Assembly: GCA_951406725.2 (NCBI GenBank)
Contig: OX597828.1
Coordinates: 57,040,001-57,104,000, forward strand
From: Octopus vulgaris
Lineage: Eukaryota
Direction of reading: 5' to 3'
Length of the DNA: 64,000 bases
In this document: piece after piece, positions 13,815 to 26,020 of the stretch
Layout: each line of letters starts with the position of its first letter
Position numbering within the stretch: position 1 is the stretch's first letter
Made by a program: the position numbers and the translations under genes
The notes under the pieces: generated by a model
The model's database searches: none
What the model was told of the DNA's origin: nothing
Seen by the model: the letters and a program-made list of their open reading frames with translations, nothing else

Positions 13815-15058
13815 TATGTATATATAAATGTGTGTTTGTGTGTGTGTGTGCCTGTGCGTGTATCCGTGTGTATATACGTATGTATGTATACATACGTGCA
13901 TGTATGTGTACATATAGGTTCAAAATTTAAGGTTAATAACAACAAAGAATGTGATTTGAAAACAAAGTGCATTTAAAGATATACCAAAAAAAGAAAAAAA
14001 AACAATAAGAAAACTATAGATAAAAGATAGGGAAGAACATTTCTAGTGACGTAAAATTGTGTTGGTGTATGACTTCTGATGATGAAAGTTTTGGTGGTCG
14101 ATTGACCGTAAACGAAAAAAAAACAGGAATGAGTTTTCATGCATTCAAAATAAACAGAGTACAATAATTTATAATTGATAGATGCGTATATGCGAACACA
14201 TAGTTGTGTGCTCGTGTAATATTAAGATTTATATAATTGTGTGTATTTACACGCTAACAAATATTGAAACTGTGTGTAAATATTGTGTGCGCTCTCATGT
14301 AAGGACACGCGCTATTAAATTTCGAGTTTTTTCTTGTGTATGTATATATAAACAGTATTAGAATCTAATATATCAACTAACTATACATGAACTAAGGGAA
14401 TGTGTATAGCTATGAACTATGTACATGTGAGCGTTTCTGTTTAGCTACGTGTGTGGTTACCGGTATAATATATATATCCTTTTGTTATGGTGGGCAAGTA
14501 ATTATAAATGTATGCATGGATGTAGTGATGCGAGATCCGTTTGTAATACTGGGGGCAGGTGTATGCTTGCATACACATATGGTTCTTTGAATGTCAGTGT
14601 ATAGCGTGCTGAGCTACAATGTATGTATATTTCGATGTGTATGTATGTATGTGTGAAAGCGTGTGGAAATATATATACACATGTTGTTTTTTATGTAGAA
14701 GGGTAAATTGGAGTGTGAGGTGTATTTATGTTGTATGGGGGAGGGGTCTAGTAGGGGGGATGATCTAAGTTTATGCATTTGCAGCAAATGTAGTTATGTG
14801 TATTTCGTTGTTACCTTGAGGCCGTTATTGTGTCGTTGCGAGAAGTTGATCTTCATATACGCATATCACTGGATAGAATGCATTTTTTGAACGCATGTCT
14901 AAAAGTGCGTGTGGTGGCCTTGAGAATGCTGATTTGGATAAAGGCATTTATCGATATGTTGTGGGCGCAAACTGCAAGCCTAGATATTACTGTACGTATA
15001 ATTCATCTGTGTGTATGGGTGTGGGCAAGATATTGTACACTGTGAGGGTCCATGTCGT

Positions 15059-15114
<56 letters not shown>

Positions 15115-15687
15115 TAGAAGTGGGTATGGATTCTATGGGTGTGTTATATTGTGTATATAGCTGTGCTGGTGTTCATGTAGATGTATGCGTCGTGTATGTG
15201 CATGTTCTGAAGTGTGTTAAAGAATGTAATGTATGAATATATATATAGGTAGAAACAGAAAGGTTGTTAAACACATACATTGATGCAGCGCAGATGTTAA
15301 GAATACAATCTAGTGAAAAGTTCATCTTCCTGTTTTATACGTTCCATAGTTTCTGTAATGTTGGAGTTGATATCCTCTCCCGTGAACATAGATTCAATTT
15401 TCCGTGAATGAAGACATGCTTTGGCGAATATTAATGCGGATAAAATATCATTTCAGTTCAGATTAGGTCTTTCTTAATCTTGACTGTTGCTTGGTTAAAA
15501 TTTGCTAAAGACAGAATTGTTTCAAGTAGAATATGTATGTAATTATATTGAAATACGAAATAGAAGCAGTGGTATTATAATGAACATTGTCGACCACATA
15601 CTCTTAAGATATACACACTTCGCTAAATCACAGTCTACCAGCAGATACTCGTCTTTTGTAAGTTAAGCATTTGTGGTTCATAACATA

Positions 15688-15850
15688 TGTATATAGTTCA
15701 AATTTACAGAAAACACAAGGCGCAGGCAGCTAAAGGAACAAAATCAGATGTATTAGTTTAACGCTCCGGAAGAATAGAAAAGTATAGTATGTTTCGAGCC
15801 TACGCTCTTCGACAGAAAGGATTAATAGGGCACACAAAACACGGTGAGAG
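15688..15850 (-). mobile_element. Penelope-like pseudo-LTR remnant with a decayed hammerhead-like motif, just downstream of the 15925 stop codon
   Basis: Minus strand CTGTCGA-A-GAGC(GTAG)GCTC-GAAAC (15791-15815); its 3' tail resembles the pLTR-like insert at 52860-52998; ends at TA repeats. Confidence 0.5.
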
Positions 15851-15924
15851 AATTGTAGGGATTAACGTTTGTTCATCTCTCCTAATCGACTGCTCTTTCC
15901 TTCATATCCTCCACTCTGAGCTGT

Positions 15925-17049
15925 CTATACAACTGCGAAAACTATGTAGCTTAACAAGAATATAAGAGTTACAAACAAAAATACCCAGTCAAGCTTCCTA
16001 TATGTATATGAACGCTTCTTCGATCGACTTGTATTTTCTATGCTTACATTGTCTTGAACAGACTCATCCATAATTCCAACTTTATTTTTCGATCCACTTG
16101 TTTTTTCTGGGATTGAGGTTTCGTGCACAGCGGTCTCGTTGACATAAAATTTACACACAATTATGGAGACAAAGGTAGAAAAGCCGCTGATAAGTGTCAG
16201 AATTAGGAGATATAACAGATATCTTGAGACTCCACGAGATTTAGAACCCAACGACTTGGCCGATTCTGTTAAATAAACGACATTGGCAAGGAAAATAGTA
16301 ATTGCAACTGATACCTTTTCTCCCGTCTCAGCAGGCAATACATACACACCCAAGTTCAATATTGTCAGCAGTGCTGGGAATATAAAATGGGTGAATGTTT
16401 CACTCATCGATTTTCTATTTGCATAAATAATAACCCTAGCCGATACAATTCCATTTTCCATGACGTCTCCTACAACAAACTTATAATCCCAGGAATCTGA
16501 CGACGAGTCATGCCTATTGTGAAAGGAAAAGTTTTGCATAGTTTGTTCTTTATACTTTTGATGGCGCAAACAAGTTTTTATATAGCATTTGTGCTCATCG
16601 AAAGGATATTTATGCATATCAATTGTGCAGTAAGTTTGGAAAATGCCGTCCATATGAAACGTAACGGTTCCATCATATTCTATGGTGGCTCCTCCTTTAT
16701 GAACAGCAAAATTACCTGACATATCGTTACAAATGTAAGCGTGTGGGTACCATATATCCTCTATGTCTACGTTTATATAACTTATGTTATTCAGTTTGTC
16801 ATTCCACATCAAGTTGTTATCTCTCCATGATAAACCAAGCACAATTTTGCTTGCAAGTAAACCTTTGTGGATATCTAATTCAATGATTTTCAAAAGAATA
16901 AGAGATACATTTATTTTCACTATAGCTTCATCATCAGGAAAAGGCAAAAGCGTTTTCGTGTAATTTTCGAATAAGTTTGAGTGTAAAATGTTTTTCTCCG
17001 AAACAGCGTTAACAGTAACCGCTAATAATACCGAAGTTATTAATTTCAT
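15925..17049 (-). CDS. Chemotactile-receptor-like Cys-loop channel subunit, 374 aa, uninterrupted CDS
   Basis: Signal peptide; WYPHAYICN; Cys-loop C141-C155 (CTIDMHKYPFDEHKC); extra Cys107 and Cys160; pre-M1 NRK; M1 Pro; PAETGEKVSVAITIFLAN (M2); short M3-M4 loop; M4. Confidence 0.96.
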   Translation of the reverse strand: MKLITSVLLAVTVNAVSEKNILHSNLFENYTKTLLPFPDDEAIVKINVSLILLKIIELDIHKGLLASKIVLGLSWRDNNLMWNDKLNNISYINVDIEDIWYPHAYICNDMSGNFAVHKGGATIEYDGTVTFHMDGIFQTYCTIDMHKYPFDEHKCYIKTCLRHQKYKEQTMQNFSFHNRHDSSSDSWDYKFVVGDVMENGIVSARVIIYANRKSMSETFTHFIFPALLTILNLGVYVLPAETGEKVSVAITIFLANVVYLTESAKSLGSKSRGVSRYLLYLLILTLISGFSTFVSIIVCKFYVNETAVHETSIPEKTSGSKNKVGIMDESVQDNVSIENTSRSKKRSYTYRKLDWVFLFVTLIFLLSYIVFAVV

Positions 17050-17219
17050 TGTTGTTAAGTGGAGGTAAATTGCTGCTCTTTAGTTGATTCCTTATTTTAA
17101 AATGCTCAGAGTAAGTTCTGATTTCTAAATTAAATCGAAATATTAATTATGATACACAATGGCTTTCGTTGTTAAAACGTAATGAGTTTTCTACGTTGAA
17201 GAATCAGTAATAATATTTT

Positions 17220-17251
17220 TGAATATCATCAAGTTATAACTGCAACCAAGT
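17220..17251 (-). promoter_or_regulatory. Conserved upstream box B (+ strand TGAATATCAKYAA-N13-CCARGT), copy 1
   Basis: TGAATATCATCAAGTTATAACTGCAACCAAGT; same 32-bp pattern with identical spacing at 24687-24718 and 40881-40912. Confidence 0.55.
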
Positions 17252-17346
17252 TAAAAATGAACTGGTTATTTTCAATTGCCAATAAATATAGTTAACTAAT
17301 CTCACTTCTCTCTTTCGAGCTCTACTTCCTTGAATCATTCACTCAT

Positions 17347-17412
<66 letters not shown>

Positions 17413-17795
17413 TCTCTCTCTCTCTCGCGAGCGCTCGATAGATTTTTCTTTTACTGTTATTTTTGTAGCTTTTTACTGCACCCTCTCTCTTCATGTTACC
17501 AGAATGTACCGTGTGTATTGAAGTCTCTTTCATTCGTTTGATTTTAAACACTCAAGTATTTAGTAAGCAATTAGTTCTGGCCAGGGACTTTGCCTGAAAG
17601 AAACTATGCATAATATAGTCTGTTCATTAACGATTTGGATATGGAAAGTGATATTCTAAACAAATTCCTTTGAGACTACAATCGAAGGAGCCCATTCACA
17701 GATTCAGAATATACACAGTTAAATATATATAAAAAAACATACTGTGTTCATTATCCATTAAATTAAAAGTTGTTACTGTTGCAGAAATCAATTAC

Positions 17796-17808
17796 TTATG
17801 GATCAATT
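17796..17808 (-). promoter_or_regulatory. Conserved upstream box A (sense AATTGATCCATAA), copy upstream of 15925-17049
   Basis: Exact 13-mer TTATGGATCAATT (+ strand), also at 25210-25222 and 41140-41152, each 650-820 bp upstream of a minus-strand CR start codon. Confidence 0.6.
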
Positions 17809-18440
17809 TTCTCCATATGCAAAGCGACATCTAAGAGCTTGTGAATAATAGCAATTGAAAACAATACCATGACATTTGCTTCATTTAACTTTTAACTTTG
17901 TAGTTGTTATTGTTCTTCTTTTCAATTACACAGACCGTAACATGTCGGATGAAATACATTTTCTAGTTTTACTTAACAGTATTAACTATATTTCATTTAA
18001 TAGATACAGATAAACAGAATTTTGGTCATTTCCCAAGAGAACATTTTCTAGATTTCACGTAAAGTGGTTTTCCAGCCAATTTTCATTTTCTTCCTTTCAT
18101 TGTTTTGTAATTTATCTAGTGCTCGTATAATCACTGTGATTATTTTAATTTAAAATATTTCACATTCTCGCTCTTTGAATGTCTAAAACTTTATACATAA
18201 AAAAGGTTTTTCAATTTCTCTTAATGACATTCCATTGGGGCTGGAGGGAGTATGACATATCAAATGTCTTGTGATTATTTGAATTTGCTTCAAGAAAGAA
18301 TATATTTTTGGAAACATTTGTTACAATATATCGTGCATCTTGGATTGATTTGTCTGTCTATATGTATGATTGTTTATAGAATAATTTAATATGCATCATT
18401 ACTAGAAACTGTTTTTAAAATTCTGTAATACGCAAAAATA

Positions 18441-18750
18441 TCTATTATATAAAATCCGTTCTGTCTGTCTGTGTATGTGTCTTCTATGATCTCGGGCTTC
18501 CTAGATCTGATTGCGTTCAAATTTGATATGTAGATACCGACGGTATCAGGGCGTGTATATGTCTTGCAAAAATTACAAAATCGCTTCCAGGTGAGAATAC
18601 GATCGATAAAGCCGTGGGAACGTGCATTTGTACGCGCAAGTACATCAGCTGTTGCGATCGATCCTACGCGTACGCGAGAAAAATGCACGTGTAGTTTCCT
18701 ACATGTTTTATCGGATAAACTTGTTATTGTCCCAGGTACGTTCTCATAAA
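18441..18750 (+). mobile_element. Possible non-autonomous Helitron 5' end
   Basis: A|TCTATTATATAAAA start followed by (CTGT)n, typical of Helitron 5' termini; CpG-rich interior; no convincing 3' hairpin/CTAG found. Confidence 0.4.
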
Positions 18751-21700
18751 TTCATCATGCTTTTCCATCTAGATTTACATCCAGCTAACCCATTTGCATG
18801 CATCACTTTTGTTCTTTCGTCAACCTGTACATAACTGCACCTTCCATTTTTTGTTCTTTTTGTACTGCTTAAAGACACGTTTCTTACCTGCCAAGCTTAC
18901 TGTTTAAAACATGTTTGTGTTCTCCCAGTTAACAGCCTTATCATTACTGGTACTTTAAACTCTGCAGTTGCATATTCGTATGAATAAAATCGTTTTTCTT
19001 TGGAATAGAAAACAAACCAGTTTTTATTTTGCTGCTGTCTCAAATTTAGGGTAAATCAGTGTTTCTCAAAGCGGAGATCTATCGGAGAGTCGGACAAGTT
19101 GTTTTGAGAAAATTTGGTTTAAATGTTTGACAACTCAGCACCGTCCATTGGACGTTTTGCTCATTCTTTATGAAATTCAAACTCATGTATATTTATATTT
19201 ATCGGATCTCCGTAAAATAATCACTTGATTAGCTCATGTAAATACGCTTTAAGAACTGTAATACTATTGAATCTCATCCTTAGTAGTTACCTTGCTTGTT
19301 AAGAGATACCAAATTTTCCCCAGACCAGCACAGTGACTTTTACTGAAATTGTTCTTAAATTCTTGGAAATTATTTTCTTTCTTTTACAAATTTTATATTG
19401 ATCTCTGTTATCTTTACAGGACTAAGAGAAAAGTTTCAAATTACTGGACAATTATTTTGCGTACAACCTTTTCTTCATAAATTATCAATCAGATCTAAAT
19501 TCATGAGGTTTAACCGTTTTCATATATTTCCATTCGCTCATTTCTTCCATCAATTTGGTAGTAGAGACATTTCCTGACAAGTTAAACTTAATGCTACAAG
19601 ACACCGAAAAATTATTTTCTCATTATAAACTTCCTAACTGTGAAGAGCAAAAAGCTAGGACTTACCTGCTGATAGAAGAATATATTCGCACTTAAATAGA
19701 GATGCAATTTGAGATATATTGCAAAATCCCTACGCTACCTTTTAGCCCTGTGTTAATATAACATCTTTATCAATTTCGGCAGTAAATAATACAGTACTAT
19801 AAAAAAACAAAAACAAATAACGCACAACAAATTGTTTTTAATAAGAAGAACGAGAGTTTATTCAAACTTGGAATTGGCGGGGTGCATATACATGTTAACA
19901 TTCCTATAATTGAAATATTATTTGTAAAGTGCAAAATATTGTGACAAGAAGATATATATTATTCGTTTCCAGATGTAAACTAATATACGGTGAAAATAAG
20001 GGGCCACATGCTATGTGAGCGACCAATATGAAGATATCTGCAAACTTTTCAGTTCCTTCGGTTGGTTTGGATTTTATGTAATACAAATATTGTGCAATAT
20101 TGTGTTATTTCAGAGGTATTAGTATGAGGTTGTTTTAATATTCATTTCAGTTCCAGGGAAATACGTAAATCGATATTAAGCATTATTTAAAGAAACTGCG
20201 TAATAAGAATACATCGGATTACATACATTTGCATCAATAATGAATATTGATTGTATACGATGCCTCTTAAGCAACCATAGTTTTTATATTCATGCATTTT
20301 GTGAACAAATTATAAAACTATAATTCCATATAGGCTATGTGTATGTGTGGCCGGTTATATCTATGCGAGTGTTACTTTTCTGTATGAATCCTATTACACT
20401 AGTTGCGTTTTCTGATAGAGATTTGTGTCAACATCAGTTTTAGCGCAATTCTAATTTACTTCTAAAAAATATAATCTCCTACTCTTCTCAACCGTGGCTT
20501 TTCATAGGCATTTTCTTTACGAAACACATACAATCTCGATGTTTACATGTATTTATATTACTTATTAGCTTAACCAGATATTGCACAATATTGCGCTTTA
20601 CTTCAAAATTCATATTCACGACACTTGTAAAATGTTTGATTTAATCAAATTTGCATGATTGACAGAATTGATATCATCAGGTTTTAAATATTTCAAAAAA
20701 ACAACAGGAAATATATTAGGCATTTTATGGTAATAGTTTTTAATGGTTTTATGGCTTACGTACTATATTTAATATTATAAATAAAGCGTAGTCTATTCAG
20801 TATTATATTTGAGCATACTTAGAATATGTAGTATTATATATGCGACTACTAAATAACGACTGGATAACATTATATGTAATGAAACAAGTGGCACCTGCCC
20901 TAGATATGATGGTAAAGACTGGAATAGAATACTAAGGGATTGTGACAAAGCAAACGGGGTGAAAACGTGCTACAAAACCGACAAATATCAAGGAGTGGTG
21001 TTTGTAGAGGCCGCAGCCCATGGAGAACTACCCCGTAGATTTAGGAAAGCTCTAAAGTAGACTAAACTCAACATTAAGATCTTTGAAAAGCCAGGGAACG
21101 GAATATTATATCTGAATTTGTGAGTTTATGAGTTTATAGACTGCAGATGGCGTGTGGGTATATTATGTGTGCGACATATTGTGTGCGGTTGTGTGCATGA
21201 ATTTCTGTGCAATTATTATTTGTGCAAATGTTTCTTTCATTATCAGTAAGTGTATTATGAGGCAAGTGTATGCATGGCTATGAAATTCGTACTTATAGGT
21301 GCGTAAGTATTCGGGCATTCACTCTTGTGCGGGATTTTATGCTTCTTTGCGTTACTTGCCGGTATATTGTGAAACAAATGTGTTATAATCTAGTATGTAG
21401 ATATATATGTGTGGATGCATTACTGCAAGATGCTTTTGTAACTGTGTATGCGCGTTTATGTTTCTCTCATAATGTGGTGGATAAGTTTGGGTTTTTTGGA
21501 TAGGTTTCAAAATGAAATGGTGAGTGGACATAGGTTTATGCATTTATCATGTGTATCTGTGTATATGAGTGTGTGTGTTGTTGTATAGGCTTTTTGTTTG
21601 TTGTGTGTCCTGGCGTTACATCGTACGAGCAAATGCATAAGTAGTTTACATGGCTGCGTATATATATATATATGTGTGTGTATGTGAGCGTGTGTCGAAT

Positions 21701-21985
21701 ATAGCGGATGTGTGACTCATTTACATGTATGTTTTTTGTATTGGAACTATCCAAGCGTTATGATAGATATGCTTATGGATATGTTGTGGAAGATAAATGG
21801 AGTGTGTGAATATACTACAGTATGTCTTGTTATTCTGTGTATGAGTGAATGCAAAATATTATAGATATTTGTGAGTGGTATCTTGTTACAAGGCAAATTG
21901 TATATTAGCGACATTGGATGAGCAATACATATGTGGGTTATGTGTGGTTCGAAGTGTGGTAGAAAAATAAGGTAGTGGCGAGTAC

Positions 21986-22039
<54 letters not shown>

Positions 22040-22085
22040 TGTGTGTGTGTATGTATGTATGTATGTATGTGTATGCATGTATATA

Positions 22086-22141
<56 letters not shown>

Positions 22142-22163
22142 ATACATATATTTATATATATAT

Positions 22164-22218
<55 letters not shown>

Positions 22219-22719
22219 TATAAATACATGTGTGTGTACATATGCAAACATGTATGGGCGCATGTAAAGAAACGTTTACGAAAAAAGTTGACAATACATA
22301 CATTGATATTGAGCAGATTTCATGAACACAATTTCGTGACATATCAATCACGCTGGTCCATTCTTTCTAATCTCGCTAAAATGTTCGTGGTGATATCGTT
22401 TTCAGTAAGCTTAGGTGTATGGTAACAGGGAAATAGAATTTTTCTTTTTTTTTGCAAGTGATATGTTAAAAGAATATATGTTGCATTCAGTGTGGGTCAT
22501 CCTTATTAATCTTGGCTTTCTTATGTAGAGATGGATGTGGTTTTCAGAACGTTTTCTTGTACTGTTACATACTAAAAAATTGTATTCTTGACGACGCTGT
22601 TGGTGGGCATGATTGCTTCTCAATAACTGTGTAGTTACATGCACAGTTATTCATATGTGTGTTTGTGTTTGTGTCTGTGTGTATGTATATATATGTATAT
22701 GTTTATGTATGCATATATA

Positions 22720-22754
<35 letters not shown>

Positions 22755-22783
22755 GTGTGTGTATATGTATATATATATGTATA

Positions 22784-22825
<42 letters not shown>

Positions 22826-22836
22826 CACACACACAA

Positions 22837-22917
<81 letters not shown>

Positions 22918-23254
22918 TTATTATTTGAGAGAATAAAATCCAAAACTACAAGAAAAATTCAATCTAGAAATAATAAATCAAACTTCACACAATATAATTT
23001 ATATATAAAAATTAGAGAAAAAACACCTTTTATCAATTCAAAATGAACAATTAAATTACACCATCTAGAAAATTACATATAATAAAAATATTAAAATTAA
23101 AATAACAATAAAATGTCAATGATTAATAGTTTGCCAGAAATAATAATAAAAATAATATATATATAGATATAGATATAGATATAGACATGCATATATGCAT
23201 ATGCATGTGTATATGGAAAGTTTGGGTGTATTGACAGTTGCATTATCATGTCTA

Positions 23255-24394
23255 TTAAGATAATACAACATAAATCATATAGATTAACAAAAATATAACA
23301 GTGCCGAACAAAAAGACCATGTCAAGCTTTTGATATGCATACAGATGTCTCTTAGAGTGAATTGTAGTTTGTAAGTTTAACTTTTCATCATAAGGCTGGT
23401 CAATTGTTCCGATTTTATTCTTGGACCCTGTTTGTTTAAATCTGAATTCTGGTATGCTATTAGTTCTCACTGCAGACTGGTTGACATACATTTTACACCC
23501 AATTATAGAGATAAGGGTAGAAAAGCCGCTGACAAGTGTCAGAATTAAGAGATATAACAAGTACCTTGATAACACGAGGGACTTCGTGCCCAATACTTTG
23601 ACCGTTTCTGTCAGATAGACAACATTGGCAAGGAAAATTGTGATTGCAACTGAAACCTTCTCTCCCGATTCAGCAGGCAATAAATACACCCCTAAGTTCA
23701 GTATTGTCAGCATTATTGGGAATATGAAGTGTGTTAATGTTTCACTCATAAATTTTCTTTTTGCGAAAATAGTAACACTAGCCGATATGATTTCCTTTTC
23801 AGTAATGTTCCCTACAGCAAACTTATATTCCCACTGATCTGCAGCCGCGTTATGCAAGTTGTTAAAAGAAAAGCTTTGCATGTTTTTTTCTATATTCTCC
23901 TGATGACCCAGGCAGGCGGTAATATTACATTCATGTTCATCTAAAGGATATTTAAGCATATTAATTGTGCAGTGAGTTTGGAAAATTCCATCCATATGTA
24001 AAGACACTGATCCATCATATTTTACAGTGGCCCCTTCTCCTTCATGTAGAGAAAATTTGCCTGACATATCGTTACATATGGAAACAGTGGGGTACCATAT
24101 GTCATCTACATTTACGCTTATGTAAGTTATATTTTTCATTGTTGCATTCCACAGCAAGTAGATATCTTTCCATGATAAACCAAGCACAACTTTGCTGATA
24201 AGTAAACCTTTTTGAATATCTAATTCAATTATTTTAAACATTTCAAGCAATACATCTATTTTCACTATGTCTTCATCATTATGGACAGGCCTCTCGGTTT
24301 TCGTGTAATTTTGAAGCAACATTGATCGCAGAATGCTTTTCTCAGAAATAGCGTTTACATTAACCGCTAGTAATAAGATAGCTATGAATTTCAT
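23255..24394 (-). CDS. Chemotactile-receptor-like Cys-loop channel subunit, 379 aa, uninterrupted CDS; closest paralogue of 15925-17049
   Basis: Signal peptide; NYTKTERPV; WYPTVSICN; Cys-loop CTINMLKYPLDEHEC; PAESGEKVSVAITIFLAN; 4 TM segments. M1-M3 region differs from 15925-17049 at about 17 of 90 residues. Confidence 0.96.
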   Translation of the reverse strand: MKFIAILLLAVNVNAISEKSILRSMLLQNYTKTERPVHNDEDIVKIDVLLEMFKIIELDIQKGLLISKVVLGLSWKDIYLLWNATMKNITYISVNVDDIWYPTVSICNDMSGKFSLHEGEGATVKYDGSVSLHMDGIFQTHCTINMLKYPLDEHECNITACLGHQENIEKNMQSFSFNNLHNAAADQWEYKFAVGNITEKEIISASVTIFAKRKFMSETLTHFIFPIMLTILNLGVYLLPAESGEKVSVAITIFLANVVYLTETVKVLGTKSLVLSRYLLYLLILTLVSGFSTLISIIGCKMYVNQSAVRTNSIPEFRFKQTGSKNKIGTIDQPYDEKLNLQTTIHSKRHLYAYQKLDMVFLFGTVIFLLIYMIYVVLS

Positions 24395-24686
24395 TGCTGT
24401 TGTATGGAGGTAAATTATTTCTTCCTCTTGTTGGTTTGTTACTTTAAAGGCCCCAGTAGTTTTCGATTTCTGAATTAACTTGAAACGTTAAATATCCATG
24501 TAGAATAAGCACTCAGCTTGACGAAATATAATTGTATATTTTATGCATGAAATTATGTAAAATATTTGGCTTTGACAAAAGTCTGTTTCAGAAATTCTAT
24601 CGACAGAAGAAATGTATAAGCATGCAGACAAGATTTCTCGCTAAGATTGCATGAGTTCTCTACATTCAGTAGCTTATGAAATTTTG

Positions 24687-24718
24687 TGAATATCAGCAAC
24701 CTTTATCTTCAGCCAAGT
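24687..24718 (-). promoter_or_regulatory. Conserved upstream box B, copy 2
   Basis: TGAATATCAGCAACCTTTATCTTCAGCCAAGT, about 293 bp upstream of the 24394 ATG. Confidence 0.55.
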
Positions 24719-25209
24719 TACAATGAATTAATTTCTTTCACATACCGTCGCTCTCAAATGATCTTCCCTAAACTTATTTGACAGTCATGATTTTCTGTCC
24801 TTTGACGCTCTAACCCCTCTCTGTCTCTCCATATTTCCCTCTCCTCTCTCTCTCTCTCTCTCCCTCTTTCATCTCTTACGCTCCCATTTTCCGTCTTTGA
24901 TTATAGCTACCTTTATTTTATACCATATATTTCTGTCCTTTTTTGTCTTACAGGATTGTGCTAAGTATTTGTTTCTAAGTATACTTAAAAGCGGTTTCAA
25001 CTACTTTGATTTGAAATACTGAATCATTACTTACATTCTATAATCATTTAATTAATAAAGATCTAGTAAGATAATATTATAAAACAAATCCTCGGAGACT
25101 ACAAGCGACGGGACATAACAGATGTATATTGTAACTGTTGTAATATGTATAAAATGTTGTTTCTAACACTGAATAAGCACTGAGTATTGTTATTGTGTTC
25201 ATTACTTGT

Positions 25210-25222
25210 TTATGGATCAATT
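25210..25222 (-). promoter_or_regulatory. Conserved upstream box A, copy upstream of 23255-24394
   Basis: Exact TTATGGATCAATT, about 816 bp upstream of the ATG. Confidence 0.6.
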
Positions 25223-25807
25223 TCCTTTTATGCATTTTGTACAAAGGAATACGCATAAGTACATAACAGCATTTCAAACCGATCCCTTGTAATATTATTT
25301 GTATACAAAATATCTTTGTCATTTTTGAGTAACGCATTCAGCGAGTTAAAATGTTCTAAATTGGTCCCAGTAAAAATAACAATAAGATTGTTAACAATAT
25401 AAAACTTTATTTGTTTGCTTTTCCGGGACAGACGAGAAGGCAAGTCCAGGTATTTCTTGCATGACATTCTATTGCTCAAAATGTTAAACACATATTGAAA
25501 CACACATTTCTATGCACCTAAGCACGCAGAAATATTTAATTTCCGCACAAACAAACGACTAAAATCTACAATAAAAGCATGAGATAAATCTGCCACATAA
25601 ACTATCAATATATTATAGAGTTCCCTAAAGATAAAAAAGCAAAATGATCTCGATAGACGGAGCAGAAAAACAGAACGTTTTTACAGCGGGTTTTCATTAA
25701 CACAGGCAAATATATAGAGAGATAGAAGTGTACAAACACACGCACGCACATACACATAAATTTTCAAGATCACACGCATACTTACATACTTACATATTTA
25801 TATTCTT

Positions 25808-26020
25808 CTCTTTATTCGTTTATAATTTTACTTCTTTCAATCGATTCACTGCGGCTATGCTGGAGCACCTCCTTTTAGTCGAACCTATCGACCCTAGGAC
25901 TTTGTAAGCCTAGTACTTTTTCTATATTTCTCTTTTGCCGAACCTCTAAGTTACGGGGACGTAAACACACCAAGTTCGGTTATCAAGCGATGTTGGCTGG
26001 GCAAACACATACACACACAC
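25808..26020 (-). mobile_element. Octopus microsatellite-containing SINE, 3' half
   Basis: Homologous to 11226-11432; adjoins a (TATG)n tract. Confidence 0.75.
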
